A stretch of 55,663 nt of DNA from Pseudomonadota bacterium. Lineage in GTDB: Bacteria; Pseudomonadota; Alphaproteobacteria; SMXQ01. The stretch is taken from NCBI GenBank assembly GCA_022545545.1, contig JACZQV010000001.1, forward strand, positions 1-55,663, given 5' to 3'. Below the pieces are notes generated by a model that was not told the origin of the DNA, did not search any database, and saw only the letters and a program-made list of their open reading frames with translations. Numbering within the stretch: position 1 is the stretch's first letter; every line of letters begins with the position of its first letter. Shown piece by piece: positions 44,513 to 53,779 of the stretch. The position numbers were made by a program, and so were the translations under genes.

Positions 44513-44645
44513 GGTAAATATCGGAATAACGACGAAATTTCAAATATTTGTACCGGATTCCTGACCCTCTTTAGCGGCGGCGGCAGGGAACGGCCAACTG
44601 CCCCCGCGGAGGCATCCGGGAGCCGGCGGCGGCCGGGCCGTCAAC

Positions 44646-46526
44646 CTAGGGCTCTAGGCCGGCGCCCTCCTCGAGGCGCGCCAGGACGCCGGGAACGAGG
44701 CCGGCCAGATCCTCGGCGATGAGGCCGGGGCCGAAGGCTGAAGCCGCCTCGCCGTGGATCCACGCCGCCGCCGAGGCGGCCTCGAAGGGCGCCATGCCCT
44801 GGGCCATCAGCCCGATGATCAGGCCGGCGAGGACGTCGCCGGCGCCCCCGGTGGCGAGCGTGGCGGGCGCGTTGGCGTTGATCGCACAGCGCCCGCCCGG
44901 AGACGCGATCACCGTATCGGCGCCCTTGAGCAGGACGACGGCGCCGCTGATCTTAGCCGCGGCGCGCGCGCGGGCGAGCTTGCCGCCGGGCTTGCCCCCG
45001 AGGTCCGGCCCCCCGAGGTCGGGAAAAATCCGGGCGAACTCCCCCTCATGGGGGGTCAGCACGCAATCACCGGCGATGGCGGCGAAGAGGTCGCCGGGCG
45101 CATCGGCGAAGACCGTCAGCGCATCGGCATCCAGCACCACGCGTTTCCCCGCCCCAAGCGCCGCCAGCACGCGGGACCGGGTGGCCTCGTTGACGCCGTA
45201 GCCGGGGCCGAGCAGCACGGCGTTTTTGCGCCGATCGGCGAGGAGCGCGGCGAACGCCTGCTCATCATCGATGGGGACGGTCAGGACGCCCGGCATGTAG
45301 ACGGCATAGACCGGCACCGCCTCGGGCGGGCTGGCGATGGTGAGGAGGCCGGCGCCGGCGCGCAGCGCCGCCCCCGCCGCCAGGCGCGCGGCGCCGGTCA
45401 TCTCGGCGCCGCCGCCGACGATGACATGGCCACGGGAATATTTGTGGTCCTCGGGCCTGGGCCAGGGCAGCAGATGACGCCAGAGCGAAGGCGTGTTCTC
45501 GAAGGTCCGTGGTGCGATCGCCTCGAGCACGCTATCGGGGATGCCGATATCGGCGACCACCACCTCGCCGGCAAGCCGCTTTCCGGGCAACAGCAGATGG
45601 CCCGGCTTCTTGCGGAAGAAGGTGACGGTGAGGGCGCATCGGGGGGCGGCGCCGAGGACCGCGCCGCTATCGCCGTCGATGCCGCTCGGCGTATCGACGC
45701 CGACGCACGGGAGATCGCGGCCATCGACCGCCTCGCCATTGACCGCCTCGATGGTGGCCAGCGCCTGGCCCGCCAATGGCCGGGCGAGGCCGGCGCCGAA
45801 GATGGCGTCGACCACCAGGGCGCGGCCGTCGAGCGCCGCGGGCGCCAGCCCCATGACCTCGCCCTTCCAGCGCCGGGCGTTAAGCGCCGCGTCGCCCTTG
45901 AGCCTGTCGGCGGCGCCGAGCAGCGCCACCACGACGTCCCAGCCGGCCTCTCCCAAGTGCCGGGCGATGACGAACCCGTCGCCGCCATTGTTGCCGGGCC
46001 CACACAGCACGACTGCGGGGCAGGGTCGCCAGCGGCTTCGGATCTCGCGCGCCACCGCCGCCCCCGCCGCCTCCATCAGCACCTCGCCCGGGGTGCCGGC
46101 GGCGATGGTGGCGGCGTCGGCGCGGCCCATCTCGGCGACGGTCAGAAGGACGGCATCGGCGGCGGTCGGGACGGCGGCGGCGGGTACGGGGGCGGTACCG
46201 GCGTCGGATGTTGCGGCGGAGATGGCCCCGGCCCCGGATTCAGGCGCGGCCCCGGAGGCGGATCGGACCGGCGCCGCTTCCTCCGGCGCCGGTGCGCGCG
46301 GTGCGCCGGCGGCCTCGGGCCCGTCGAAGAAGTCGGCGAAACCGAGCGCGATGCCGCATTCCCTCGCCGCCGCCATGACCTCGTCCTGCCGGCGGCTGGG
46401 GATGGCGCCGCGGTCCGACCAGCCCTGGATGGTGGTGGCCGGCACCCGCCTGCCCAGCGCCTGGCTCATCTGGCGCGCCATCGGGCGGATGCCGCCGAAG
46501 AGCCCGATGATGCGCCGCACGCCCAT
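44646..46526 (-). CDS. nnr: Bifunctional NAD(P)H-hydrate repair enzyme Nnr (epimerase + ADP-dependent dehydratase) with N-terminal Cro/YdaS-like HTH extension
   Basis: YjeF-N domain (VLCGPGNNGGDGFVIARHL) and C-terminal kinase-like domain (HKYSRGHVIVGGG..., GGAGDVLAG). It is preceded by about 60 aa (GGIRPMARQMSQALGRRVPATTIQGWSDRGAIPSRRQDEVMAAARECGI) and an Ala/Pro-rich linker. Start placed at ATG 46526 because the TTG at 46562 is part of a TTGACA -35 box. Confidence 0.85.
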   Translation of the reverse strand: MGVRRIIGLFGGIRPMARQMSQALGRRVPATTIQGWSDRGAIPSRRQDEVMAAARECGIALGFADFFDGPEAAGAPRAPAPEEAAPVRSASGAAPESGAGAISAATSDAGTAPVPAAAVPTAADAVLLTVAEMGRADAATIAAGTPGEVLMEAAGAAVAREIRSRWRPCPAVVLCGPGNNGGDGFVIARHLGEAGWDVVVALLGAADRLKGDAALNARRWKGEVMGLAPAALDGRALVVDAIFGAGLARPLAGQALATIEAVNGEAVDGRDLPCVGVDTPSGIDGDSGAVLGAAPRCALTVTFFRKKPGHLLLPGKRLAGEVVVADIGIPDSVLEAIAPRTFENTPSLWRHLLPWPRPEDHKYSRGHVIVGGGAEMTGAARLAAGAALRAGAGLLTIASPPEAVPVYAVYMPGVLTVPIDDEQAFAALLADRRKNAVLLGPGYGVNEATRSRVLAALGAGKRVVLDADALTVFADAPGDLFAAIAGDCVLTPHEGEFARIFPDLGGPDLGGKPGGKLARARAAAKISGAVVLLKGADTVIASPGGRCAINANAPATLATGGAGDVLAGLIIGLMAQGMAPFEAASAAAWIHGEAASAFGPGLIAEDLAGLVPGVLARLEEGAGLEP

Positions 46527-46533
46527 GCACGCA

Positions 46534-46562
46534 TTTGTACGTAAAATACGTACGGCTGTCAA
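46534..46562 (-). promoter_or_regulatory. Promoter TTGACA-17 nt-TACAAA with embedded palindrome GTACGT-N5-ACGTAC; the ATG lies 8 nt after the -10 (leaderless geometry)
   Basis: Minus-strand reading: TTGACAgccgtacgtattttacgTACAAAtgcgtgcATG. The palindrome occupies 46537-46553. Confidence 0.4.
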
Positions 46563-46848
46563 TGGGCGATGCTATATTGGGAGTGGTCCCGGTGGAGAAG
46601 CCTGGTGCATGGACCGGAACCGCGCCCGGCGGGATGGCCCCGGCGATTCTCCCGACAGCGACGGTGTTCGCCCATTTTGTAGACGCTCTTCCATTTCTCC
46701 TGACCGTGGCGGCGCGTTCCCATTTATAGTATGGAGCCGGTTCATGGTGCCGGGCCGCCGGCGCGGACCGGTCCCCTCGGGTCTCGGCACGCGGCGGCAA
46801 AGACATGGCGTAAGGCCAGCAAGGCGCAATTCAGGGTCAGGGAAGGCG

Positions 46849-48102
46849 ATGGCGAAGGTACTGGTACTCGGCGCCGGTGTGATCGGCGTGAGCTCGGCCT
46901 ACTTCCTCGCCCGCGCCGGGCACGAGGTCGCCGTCATCGACCGCCAGCGGGGGCCGGGTCTCGAGACCAGCTACGCCAATGGCGGCCATGTCGCGGCCTC
47001 CCACGCCATGCCCTGGGCCAACCCTACCGTGCCCTTGCAACTCCTCAGATGGCTCGGGCGCGAGGACGCGCCGCTGGTCTTTCATCTCAACGCCGATGCC
47101 GCCATGTGGGCCTGGGGGCTCCGCTTCCTCGCCAACTGCGCGCCGTGGCGGGCGCGCGCCAACATCCGCCGCGTCCTCCCCCTCGCCCTTCACAGCCGCG
47201 CCGTGCTCAAGGAGCTGACGGCGAAGACCGGGCTCGAATACGACCAACAGAGCCGGGGCATCCTCCATATCTTCCGCGATGACCGGGAGCTCTCCCACGG
47301 CGCCGAGCGGGCGACGGTGATGAGCGAGATGGGATGCGAGATCTCGGTCCTCGACGGCGCCGGTTGCGTCGCGCTCGAGCCCGCCCTGGCGGCGGCCCGG
47401 GACCGGATCGTCGGCGGCGTCCACAGCCCCGGCGATATCAGCGGCGATGCCTACAAATTCACCGCCCGCCTGGCCGAGGTGTGCGCCGAGATGGGCGTCG
47501 TCTTCCGTCTCGGCACACCGATCTGGCGGATATCGAAGATGGCCGGGCGGGTCACCGGCGTCATGACCGAGCGCGGCATGTTCACCGCCGATCATTACGT
47601 CGTCGCGCTCGGCAGCTACAGCCCGCTTTACTTGCGCCCCCTCGGCATCAGGATCCCGGTCTATCCGGCCAAGGGTTATTCGGTGACCCTGCCGGTCACG
47701 AGCGAGGCCAAGGCGCCGACCATGGCGATCACCGATGACACCCATAAGCTGGTCTACAGCCGCTTGGGCGACCGCTTGCGCGTCGCCGGCACGGCGGAGT
47801 TCGACCGCTACAATTCCGACATCGATCCGGTCAGGGCCGACGCGGTCCTGCGCGGCGCCATGGCGCTGTTCCCGGAAGCGGGCGAGGAGGCCGAGGCCCA
47901 GTTCTGGGCCGGGCTTCGCCCGCTGACGCCCGATGGCGCGCCGGTGATCGGCGCCACGCCCATAAGCAACCTCTTCCTCAACACCGGGCACGGGACGCTC
48001 GGCTGGACGCTCGCCTGCGGATCGGGCCAGGTCATCGCCGACATCATCGACGGCCAAACGCCGGAGGTCGATATCGAAGGGCTGGGGATGGAGAGGTTCT
48101 GA
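46849..48102 (+). CDS. dadA: D-amino acid dehydrogenase (FAD-dependent, DadA type)
   Basis: 417 aa from ATG 46849 (MAKVLVLGAGVIGVSSAYFLARAGHEVAVIDR), with a GGGAAGG RBS. The track ORF 45493-48102 is this gene plus a spurious upstream extension. Confidence 0.88.
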   Translation: MAKVLVLGAGVIGVSSAYFLARAGHEVAVIDRQRGPGLETSYANGGHVAASHAMPWANPTVPLQLLRWLGREDAPLVFHLNADAAMWAWGLRFLANCAPWRARANIRRVLPLALHSRAVLKELTAKTGLEYDQQSRGILHIFRDDRELSHGAERATVMSEMGCEISVLDGAGCVALEPALAAARDRIVGGVHSPGDISGDAYKFTARLAEVCAEMGVVFRLGTPIWRISKMAGRVTGVMTERGMFTADHYVVALGSYSPLYLRPLGIRIPVYPAKGYSVTLPVTSEAKAPTMAITDDTHKLVYSRLGDRLRVAGTAEFDRYNSDIDPVRADAVLRGAMALFPEAGEEAEAQFWAGLRPLTPDGAPVIGATPISNLFLNTGHGTLGWTLACGSGQVIADIIDGQTPEVDIEGLGMERF

Positions 48103-48254
48103 GCCTTCGCCCCGCTCCTATTCCCCGGGCCGCCGCCGATCCTTTTCCCGCCCGGCCGGCGCCACGGCCGGTCCGGCGGGGGCCCCCGGCGCGGCGGAGT
48201 TGGTGAAAATAGGTTATTGACAGAGTCGCAAGAAAAACCGGATAAGCCACGTCC

Positions 48255-49517
48255 ATGTCAGCGGCATCCGACGGCGCATCGAACCAGGAGCGGCCGACGC
48301 CCGAGGCCGGGCTCTTCATCAGGCTGTCGCGGGCCTTGCTGGTGTCGTTTTGTCTCGGCGGCGCCATCGCCTATCTGATCGTCGGCGTCAAATACAACCT
48401 CCTGGTCGCCGGCCCCGGCTTCCTGAACCTCGCCGGCAACGGGGCGGGGTCGGATTTCATCGCCTTCTATGCCGCCGCCAATCAGGCCGCCGCCGGCGAC
48501 GCCGCCGGCGTCTACGACGTCGCCAAGCTGCACGCGCTGGAAGTCTCCCTGCTCGGCGCCGATGCCGGCGTCTATCCGTGGTCCTATCCGCCGCCCTATC
48601 TTCTCGTCGTCGCGCCGCTGGCCTTGCTGCCGTTCGTCCCGGCGCTCTGGACCTGGCTGATCGCCACCACCGGCGCGCTCATCCTCGCGGTGCGCCAGGC
48701 GGCGCCGCATCTCATCACGCCCGCGCTTGTCGTCATTTTCCCGGGCGTCATGCAGAACCTGTTCGCCGGCCAGAACGGCGCCCTGAGCGCGGCCCTGATC
48801 GCCGGCGGCCTGGTATCGCTCGCCGGCCGGCCGGCACTGGCCGGGTTCTTTTTCGGCATGATGATCTACAAGCCGCACATCGCCCTGCTCCTGCCGCTCT
48901 GCCTGATCGCCGGGAAGCATTTCCGGGCGCTGGCGTGGATGGTGGCGACGGCGGCGGCCCTGGTGCTCGCTTCGCTGGCGGCGTTCGGCTTGGAGCCCTG
49001 GTACCTGTTCATCGAGCAAATGCCCAAAAGCCTGGAATACAACGCCAAACTCCTCCTCCCCTGGCAGCGGGTTCCGACCGTATTCATCGCCGTGATGAAG
49101 GCGACCGGTAATGAGGGTTGGGCACTGGCGGCGCAAGGGATCAGCACCGTCGCCGCCATCCTCGCCTGCACCTGGGTGTGGATGCGCAACCAGGGCTTAG
49201 CGGCCCGGGCGCTGGCGCTGGCCGCGGCCATACCGCTGGCAACCCCCCATGCGCTGGACTACGACATGGCCATCCTCGTCATCCCCTTCGCCTTCCTGGC
49301 ATGGCAGTCCTGGCGTTCCGGTCCGAGGCCCGGCGCGCTCTTCATCCTGGTCTTGTTGTGGATCGCGCCGCTGTTGATATGGTTCGCATCTCACGCCATC
49401 GGTCAACAGATCGGGCCGGTCGTCTTCATCGTCTTGCTGGTTTACGCCTTTATCTATCCTTCCGGCGGGGGATTTTCACACCGCCTGACTCCGCCCGCCG
49501 TTGCGGCGGGTCCGTAG
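48255..49517 (+). CDS. Polytopic membrane glycosyltransferase-like protein (DUF2029 / GT87-like)
   Basis: 420 aa with about 10 TM segments. The FIAFYAAA...YPWSYPPPYLLVVAPLALLPF region is typical of DUF2029 mannosyltransferase-like proteins. Confidence 0.7.
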   Translation: MSAASDGASNQERPTPEAGLFIRLSRALLVSFCLGGAIAYLIVGVKYNLLVAGPGFLNLAGNGAGSDFIAFYAAANQAAAGDAAGVYDVAKLHALEVSLLGADAGVYPWSYPPPYLLVVAPLALLPFVPALWTWLIATTGALILAVRQAAPHLITPALVVIFPGVMQNLFAGQNGALSAALIAGGLVSLAGRPALAGFFFGMMIYKPHIALLLPLCLIAGKHFRALAWMVATAAALVLASLAAFGLEPWYLFIEQMPKSLEYNAKLLLPWQRVPTVFIAVMKATGNEGWALAAQGISTVAAILACTWVWMRNQGLAARALALAAAIPLATPHALDYDMAILVIPFAFLAWQSWRSGPRPGALFILVLLWIAPLLIWFASHAIGQQIGPVVFIVLLVYAFIYPSGGGFSHRLTPPAVAAGP

Positions 49518-49674
49518 GCCGAAGCGGCCGGCCAGCGGCGGCGCTTGCCAAATAAAGCCGTTGCCGAATAATGGGGTGGGGCCTCGCCCCGCCGGCGGAT
49601 GCGAAATCTCTCGATGACGAATGATCCACCTCGGGCCGGGCGTCGTCGATCCGGAAGTCTCGGGGAGGTAAGGC

Positions 49675-50523
49675 ATGAAACTGGTCAGTTTTCGATGGCA
49701 AGACAAGGACAGCTACGGCGCCGTCGCCGAGGGCGGCGTGATCGATCTCGGCCCGCGCCTGGGCGCACGCCACCCCGATCTCAAGTCGGTGCTGGCGGCC
49801 GGGGCGCTGGACGAGGTCACCGACGCCACGAAGGGGCAGACGGCCGATGTCGGGTTGGATGACATCACCTTCCTTCCCGTCATACCCAATCCTTCCAAGA
49901 TCCTCTGCGTCGGGCTCAACTACGTGGCGCACCGCGACGAAGCCAAGCGCAAGGAAACGGATCACCCGGCGATCTTCACCCGTTTCGCCGATTCCCAGGT
50001 CGGCCACGAACAGCCCGTCGTCCGGCCCAGGGTCTCGGATCGTCTGGATTTCGAGGGCGAGCTCGCCGTCATCATCGGCAAGGCGGGGCGCTACATCGAA
50101 CCCGAAGACGCGCTCGGTCACATCGCCGGCTATAGCTGTTACCTCGACGCCAGCGTGCGCGACTGGCAGCGTCATACCGGGCAGTGGACGGCGGGCAAGA
50201 ACTTCCCCGCCACCGGCGGCTTCGGCCCGTGGATGGTGACGGCGGATGAGATCCCCGACCCCAGCCGGCTTACCCTCACCACCCGGCTCAACGGCAAGCT
50301 CATGCAACAGGCGGACACCGATCTCCTGATCTTCACCCTCCCCGTCATCATCCACTACATCTCGTCCTTCACCGAGCTTCGCCCCGGCGACGTCATCGCC
50401 ACCGGCACGCCGGGCGGGGTCGGCTCGAGGCGCGATCCGCCGGTGTATATGAAGCCCGGCGATAGGATCGAGGTCGATATTACCGGCATCGGCACCCTCG
50501 CCCACCCCATCGCCGGCGAATAG
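49675..50523 (+). CDS. Fumarylacetoacetate hydrolase (FAH) family protein
   Basis: 282 aa. KILCVGLNYVAHRDE..., DFEGELAVIIGK, GDVIATGTPGGVG motifs. Confidence 0.88.
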   Translation: MKLVSFRWQDKDSYGAVAEGGVIDLGPRLGARHPDLKSVLAAGALDEVTDATKGQTADVGLDDITFLPVIPNPSKILCVGLNYVAHRDEAKRKETDHPAIFTRFADSQVGHEQPVVRPRVSDRLDFEGELAVIIGKAGRYIEPEDALGHIAGYSCYLDASVRDWQRHTGQWTAGKNFPATGGFGPWMVTADEIPDPSRLTLTTRLNGKLMQQADTDLLIFTLPVIIHYISSFTELRPGDVIATGTPGGVGSRRDPPVYMKPGDRIEVDITGIGTLAHPIAGE

Positions 50524-50562
50524 GCGTCCCAGGCGCCGGTGCCGAGGGACCCCAAGGGCAGC

Positions 50563-51303
50563 TCAGCGAGCCGGCGGCGCGTGAACCTCGATCGCGGCGC
50601 CGAGGGCAAGGCCGAGGGCGGCATCGGCCCGGCCCCGGTTGACGGCGATCTCGGCGAGGCCGTCGGCGTTCTCGTACCAGAAAGCCTCGCCGTCGGCGGC
50701 GTCCGAGAAGGTGCGGCGTTGCCCGAACCTCGCGCCCGCCGCCTCGAGCACCGTCCCCGGCGCCAGCGTCTCGGCGCGCAGGCCGGTGACGGCGTTGCCG
50801 AAATGATCGACATAGATGACGCGCGCGAGATCATCGGGCCAATCGCTTCCGGGACGCCCCTCCCCGTCCAATGGTTCGCCCGCTGGCCGCTCGCCCTTGG
50901 CGATCCGCGCCGCCACCGGCGCGAACAGGTCGCGGCCGTGAAAGGAAGCCGATAAACGTTCCCCCCGCCAGGTGATCTCCCACCATCTCGCCTCCCCCTC
51001 GCGCCTGGCGGCGATGGCGAAGAGGCCGTTGTCGGGCCCGACGAACCAGCGCCCGCCGGCCTCGACCATGACCGGGGCGCGCACGCCGCCGACGCCGGGA
51101 TCGACGACGCCGAGGAAAACCGTGCCGGCATCGAAGGCCGGGGCCAGGGCGGCGAGGAGATAGGCCGACGCCATGGGATCGCAGGCGGGCGCGTCTGACA
51201 TCAGATCGATCACCGCCACGCCCGGCGCGTCTTTGTGCAGCACCGCCTTCATCTGACCGCTATAGGGACCGGCGGGCCCGAAATCGGTGAACAGGACGAT
51301 CAT
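50563..51303 (-). CDS. SAM hydrolase / SAM-dependent halogenase family protein (DUF62, S-adenosyl-L-methionine hydroxide adenosyltransferase-like)
   Basis: Start set at ATG 51303 (MIVLFTDFGPAGPYSGQMKAVL...). VVDPGVG, GPDNGLF and SFHGRDLFAPVAA motifs are present. Confidence 0.8.
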   Translation of the reverse strand: MIVLFTDFGPAGPYSGQMKAVLHKDAPGVAVIDLMSDAPACDPMASAYLLAALAPAFDAGTVFLGVVDPGVGGVRAPVMVEAGGRWFVGPDNGLFAIAARREGEARWWEITWRGERLSASFHGRDLFAPVAARIAKGERPAGEPLDGEGRPGSDWPDDLARVIYVDHFGNAVTGLRAETLAPGTVLEAAGARFGQRRTFSDAADGEAFWYENADGLAEIAVNRGRADAALGLALGAAIEVHAPPAR

Positions 51304-51489
51304 CGCCCGATTATGGGAGCGGAACCGCCCCTCCGGCAAGGCCGGCTTCGCCCCAATCCCGCCCCATTGTTTCATCACTTCGCCACATTCCCCGCCAAAT
51401 CCCGCCTCATTGTCCGATCAGGCTTCCGCCACCGTTCATCTCGGACGGCGCCGGGCGCAACGACGCCGCCGCAAAACAGGGAAGCAATC

Positions 51490-53766
51490 ATGGAGACAAG
51501 ACCTTTGGTCCGCTTCGGCGCGAAGGTCGCCGATATTCTGTTGGCCGTAGCGATAGCGGCCGTCGTCATCCTCCTCCTGACCCAGGCCGGCGCCGCCGGG
51601 CCCGGCCAAACCGGGCTGAAACCCCAGGCCCAGCCGGGGGGGACAGCCGAGAAACTGTTCGCCCCTGCCCGGCTCGGCGAAATCGGCCGCCCCAGTCTGC
51701 TGTTCCGCGCCCACGAGTCCGACCGGCTTGCCTTCGCGCCGGTGGTGACGACCGAGGTCAGGATCACCGTCGGCGGGCTCCTCGTCCGCGCCCGCGTCAG
51801 CCAGACGTTCCGCAACCCGAATGATGACTGGGTCGAAGGCGTCTACGTCTTTCCCCTGCCCGAGAACGCCGCCGTCGACCATCTGAAGCTCAAGCTCGGC
51901 GAACGCGTGATCGAGGGCCGGATCAAGGAACGCGAGACGGCGCTGCGCATCTACCAGACGGCGAAACGGCAGGGAAAGAAGGCCGGGCTGCTCGAGGGCG
52001 AGCGGCCCAACATCTTCACCACCTCCATCGCCAATATCGGTCCCCAGGAGGAGATCACTATCGACATCGAGTACCAGCAGACGCTCCGCTATGACCAGGG
52101 CGCCTTCCGGCTGCGCTTTCCCATGGTCGTCGGCCCACGCTATACCCCCGGCAACGTCCGCGTCGCCAAGTTCGGCGCCGGCGGCTGGTCGGTCGGCACC
52201 GAGGGGGTGCCCGAGCCTGAGAAAATTCGCGCGCCGGTGCTGCCGCCCGCCTTCGGCAAGATCAACCCGGTCAAACTTTCGATCGAACTGGAGCCCGGCT
52301 TCGCGCTGTCCGAGCTGAAGAGCTCCTATCACCCGGTCGCCGTCAGTGAGGACGGCTCGGGCGGTTACGAGATCAGCCTCAAGGACGGCGAGGTCCCGGC
52401 CGACCGCGATTTCGAGCTGGTATGGAAGCCCGAGACCGGAGCCCAGCCCCAGGCCGGACTGTTCACCGAGACCACAAAGGACGGGCGCTACATCCTCGTC
52501 ATGATCTTACCGCCGACGGCCAAGCCGGCGGACGGCAAGGCGAAGGGCCTGCCGCGCGAGGTCATCTTCGTCATCGACGTCTCGGGTTCGATGGCGGGAA
52601 CCTCGATCAAGCAGGCGAAGGCGGCCCTGGCGCTGGCCATCGACCGGCTGACCGCCGATGACCGGTTCAACATCGTCGGTTTCAACGACACCGCCTTCAC
52701 CCTCTTTCCCAATCCCCGTCCGGCCGACCGGATGACGCGCGAGACCGCCAAGCGGTTCGTCCACTGGCTCGCCGCCGAGGGCGGCACCAGGATGGCGCCG
52801 GCGGTCAGGCTGGCGCTCAGGGGCCGCCCGCCCGCCGGTCATATCCGCCAGATGGTGTTCCTCACCGACGGCGCCATCGGCAACGAGCGGGAGCTGTTCG
52901 GCATCATCGACGACCGTCTCGGCGACGCCCGGCTGTTCACCATCGGCATCGGCTCGGCGCCCAACAGCTACTTCATGAGAAAGGCGGCGGAGGTGGGACG
53001 GGGCACCTTCACCCATATCGGCGATGTCAACGAGGTCGGGGTGCGCATGGCGGCGCTGTTCGAGAAGCTGGAGAGGCCGGTGCTGACCGATCTCGCGGTC
53101 GCCTGGCCCGACGGCATGAAGGCCGAGATGTGGCCTGAGAGGTTGCCCGACCTCTATGCCGGAGAGCCCGTCATCTTCACCGCCAGGGCGCCCAATGCCA
53201 CCTCCGCACCCGCCCCCGAGTCCCAAGGCACCATCGTCGTCACCGGCCGTATCGGCCTCGCCCGGTGGCAGGGCACGCTAAGTTTGCGCGGCGGCAAGGC
53301 GACGCCCGGCGTCTCCAAGCTCTGGGCCAGGGACAAGATCTCGGGGCTGATGAACGCCCTGCACGAAAATGGTGACGCCAACGACGTCAGGCGCCAGGTC
53401 GTCGCCCTTGGCCTTGGCCATCACCTGGTGACCAAGTACACCAGCCTGATCGCCGTCGACGTGACGCCGAGCCGGCCCCAGGGGGAGCCCTTGAAGCGGC
53501 GCAAGGTGCCCCACAACCTGCCCGAGGGCTGGGAGTACGACAAGGTGTTCGGCGGCGTGCCCGACAACGCCACGGGGCTCGACCGCAAGGCCGGGCTGAT
53601 GAACGCCCCGGCCGCCATCACACCGGCCGCCATCATCATCGGCTCCGCGCGCGGTCTTGCCCTGCCCAAGGGGGCGACGGCGGCGCCGCTGCATCTCGTG
53701 CTCGGCGCCGCACTCCTGGTCCTCGGCCTGATCGCGTTGGTGCTGGTAAGAAGGCGCCTCGCATGA
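51490..53766 (+). CDS. VIT + von Willebrand factor A domain protein: Gram-negative (marine proteobacterial type) sortase target
   Basis: 758 aa from ATG 51490. N-terminal TM/signal, VIT domain, and vWA with MIDAS DVSGSM. The C-terminus is LPKGATAAP, then a hydrophobic helix (LHLVLGAALLVLGLIALVLV), then RRRLA. A sortase gene follows 13 nt downstream. Confidence 0.85.
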   Translation: METRPLVRFGAKVADILLAVAIAAVVILLLTQAGAAGPGQTGLKPQAQPGGTAEKLFAPARLGEIGRPSLLFRAHESDRLAFAPVVTTEVRITVGGLLVRARVSQTFRNPNDDWVEGVYVFPLPENAAVDHLKLKLGERVIEGRIKERETALRIYQTAKRQGKKAGLLEGERPNIFTTSIANIGPQEEITIDIEYQQTLRYDQGAFRLRFPMVVGPRYTPGNVRVAKFGAGGWSVGTEGVPEPEKIRAPVLPPAFGKINPVKLSIELEPGFALSELKSSYHPVAVSEDGSGGYEISLKDGEVPADRDFELVWKPETGAQPQAGLFTETTKDGRYILVMILPPTAKPADGKAKGLPREVIFVIDVSGSMAGTSIKQAKAALALAIDRLTADDRFNIVGFNDTAFTLFPNPRPADRMTRETAKRFVHWLAAEGGTRMAPAVRLALRGRPPAGHIRQMVFLTDGAIGNERELFGIIDDRLGDARLFTIGIGSAPNSYFMRKAAEVGRGTFTHIGDVNEVGVRMAALFEKLERPVLTDLAVAWPDGMKAEMWPERLPDLYAGEPVIFTARAPNATSAPAPESQGTIVVTGRIGLARWQGTLSLRGGKATPGVSKLWARDKISGLMNALHENGDANDVRRQVVALGLGHHLVTKYTSLIAVDVTPSRPQGEPLKRRKVPHNLPEGWEYDKVFGGVPDNATGLDRKAGLMNAPAAITPAAIIIGSARGLALPKGATAAPLHLVLGAALLVLGLIALVLVRRRLA

Positions 53767-53779
53767 GCCGGCGCCTCTC

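Noticed and set aside
43572-44640. Possible genomic island integrated at tRNA-Leu
   Set aside because: There is no integrase and no direct repeat of the tRNA 3' end. The variable DNA lies on the 5' side of the tRNA rather than the 3' side where integrative elements insert. Only one small orphan gene and a repeat copy are present.
46560-46562. TTG at 46562 as the nnr start codon (track ORF start)
   Set aside because: It is the first three bases of a consensus TTGACA -35 hexamer correctly spaced from a TACAAA -10. ATG 46526 is the more plausible start.
45493-48102. 869-aa plus-strand ORF spanning the nnr antisense strand, the intergenic region and dadA
   Set aside because: Only 46849-48102 is DadA, with a canonical FAD-binding N-terminus and an RBS. 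The remainder is an open but non-coding extension.
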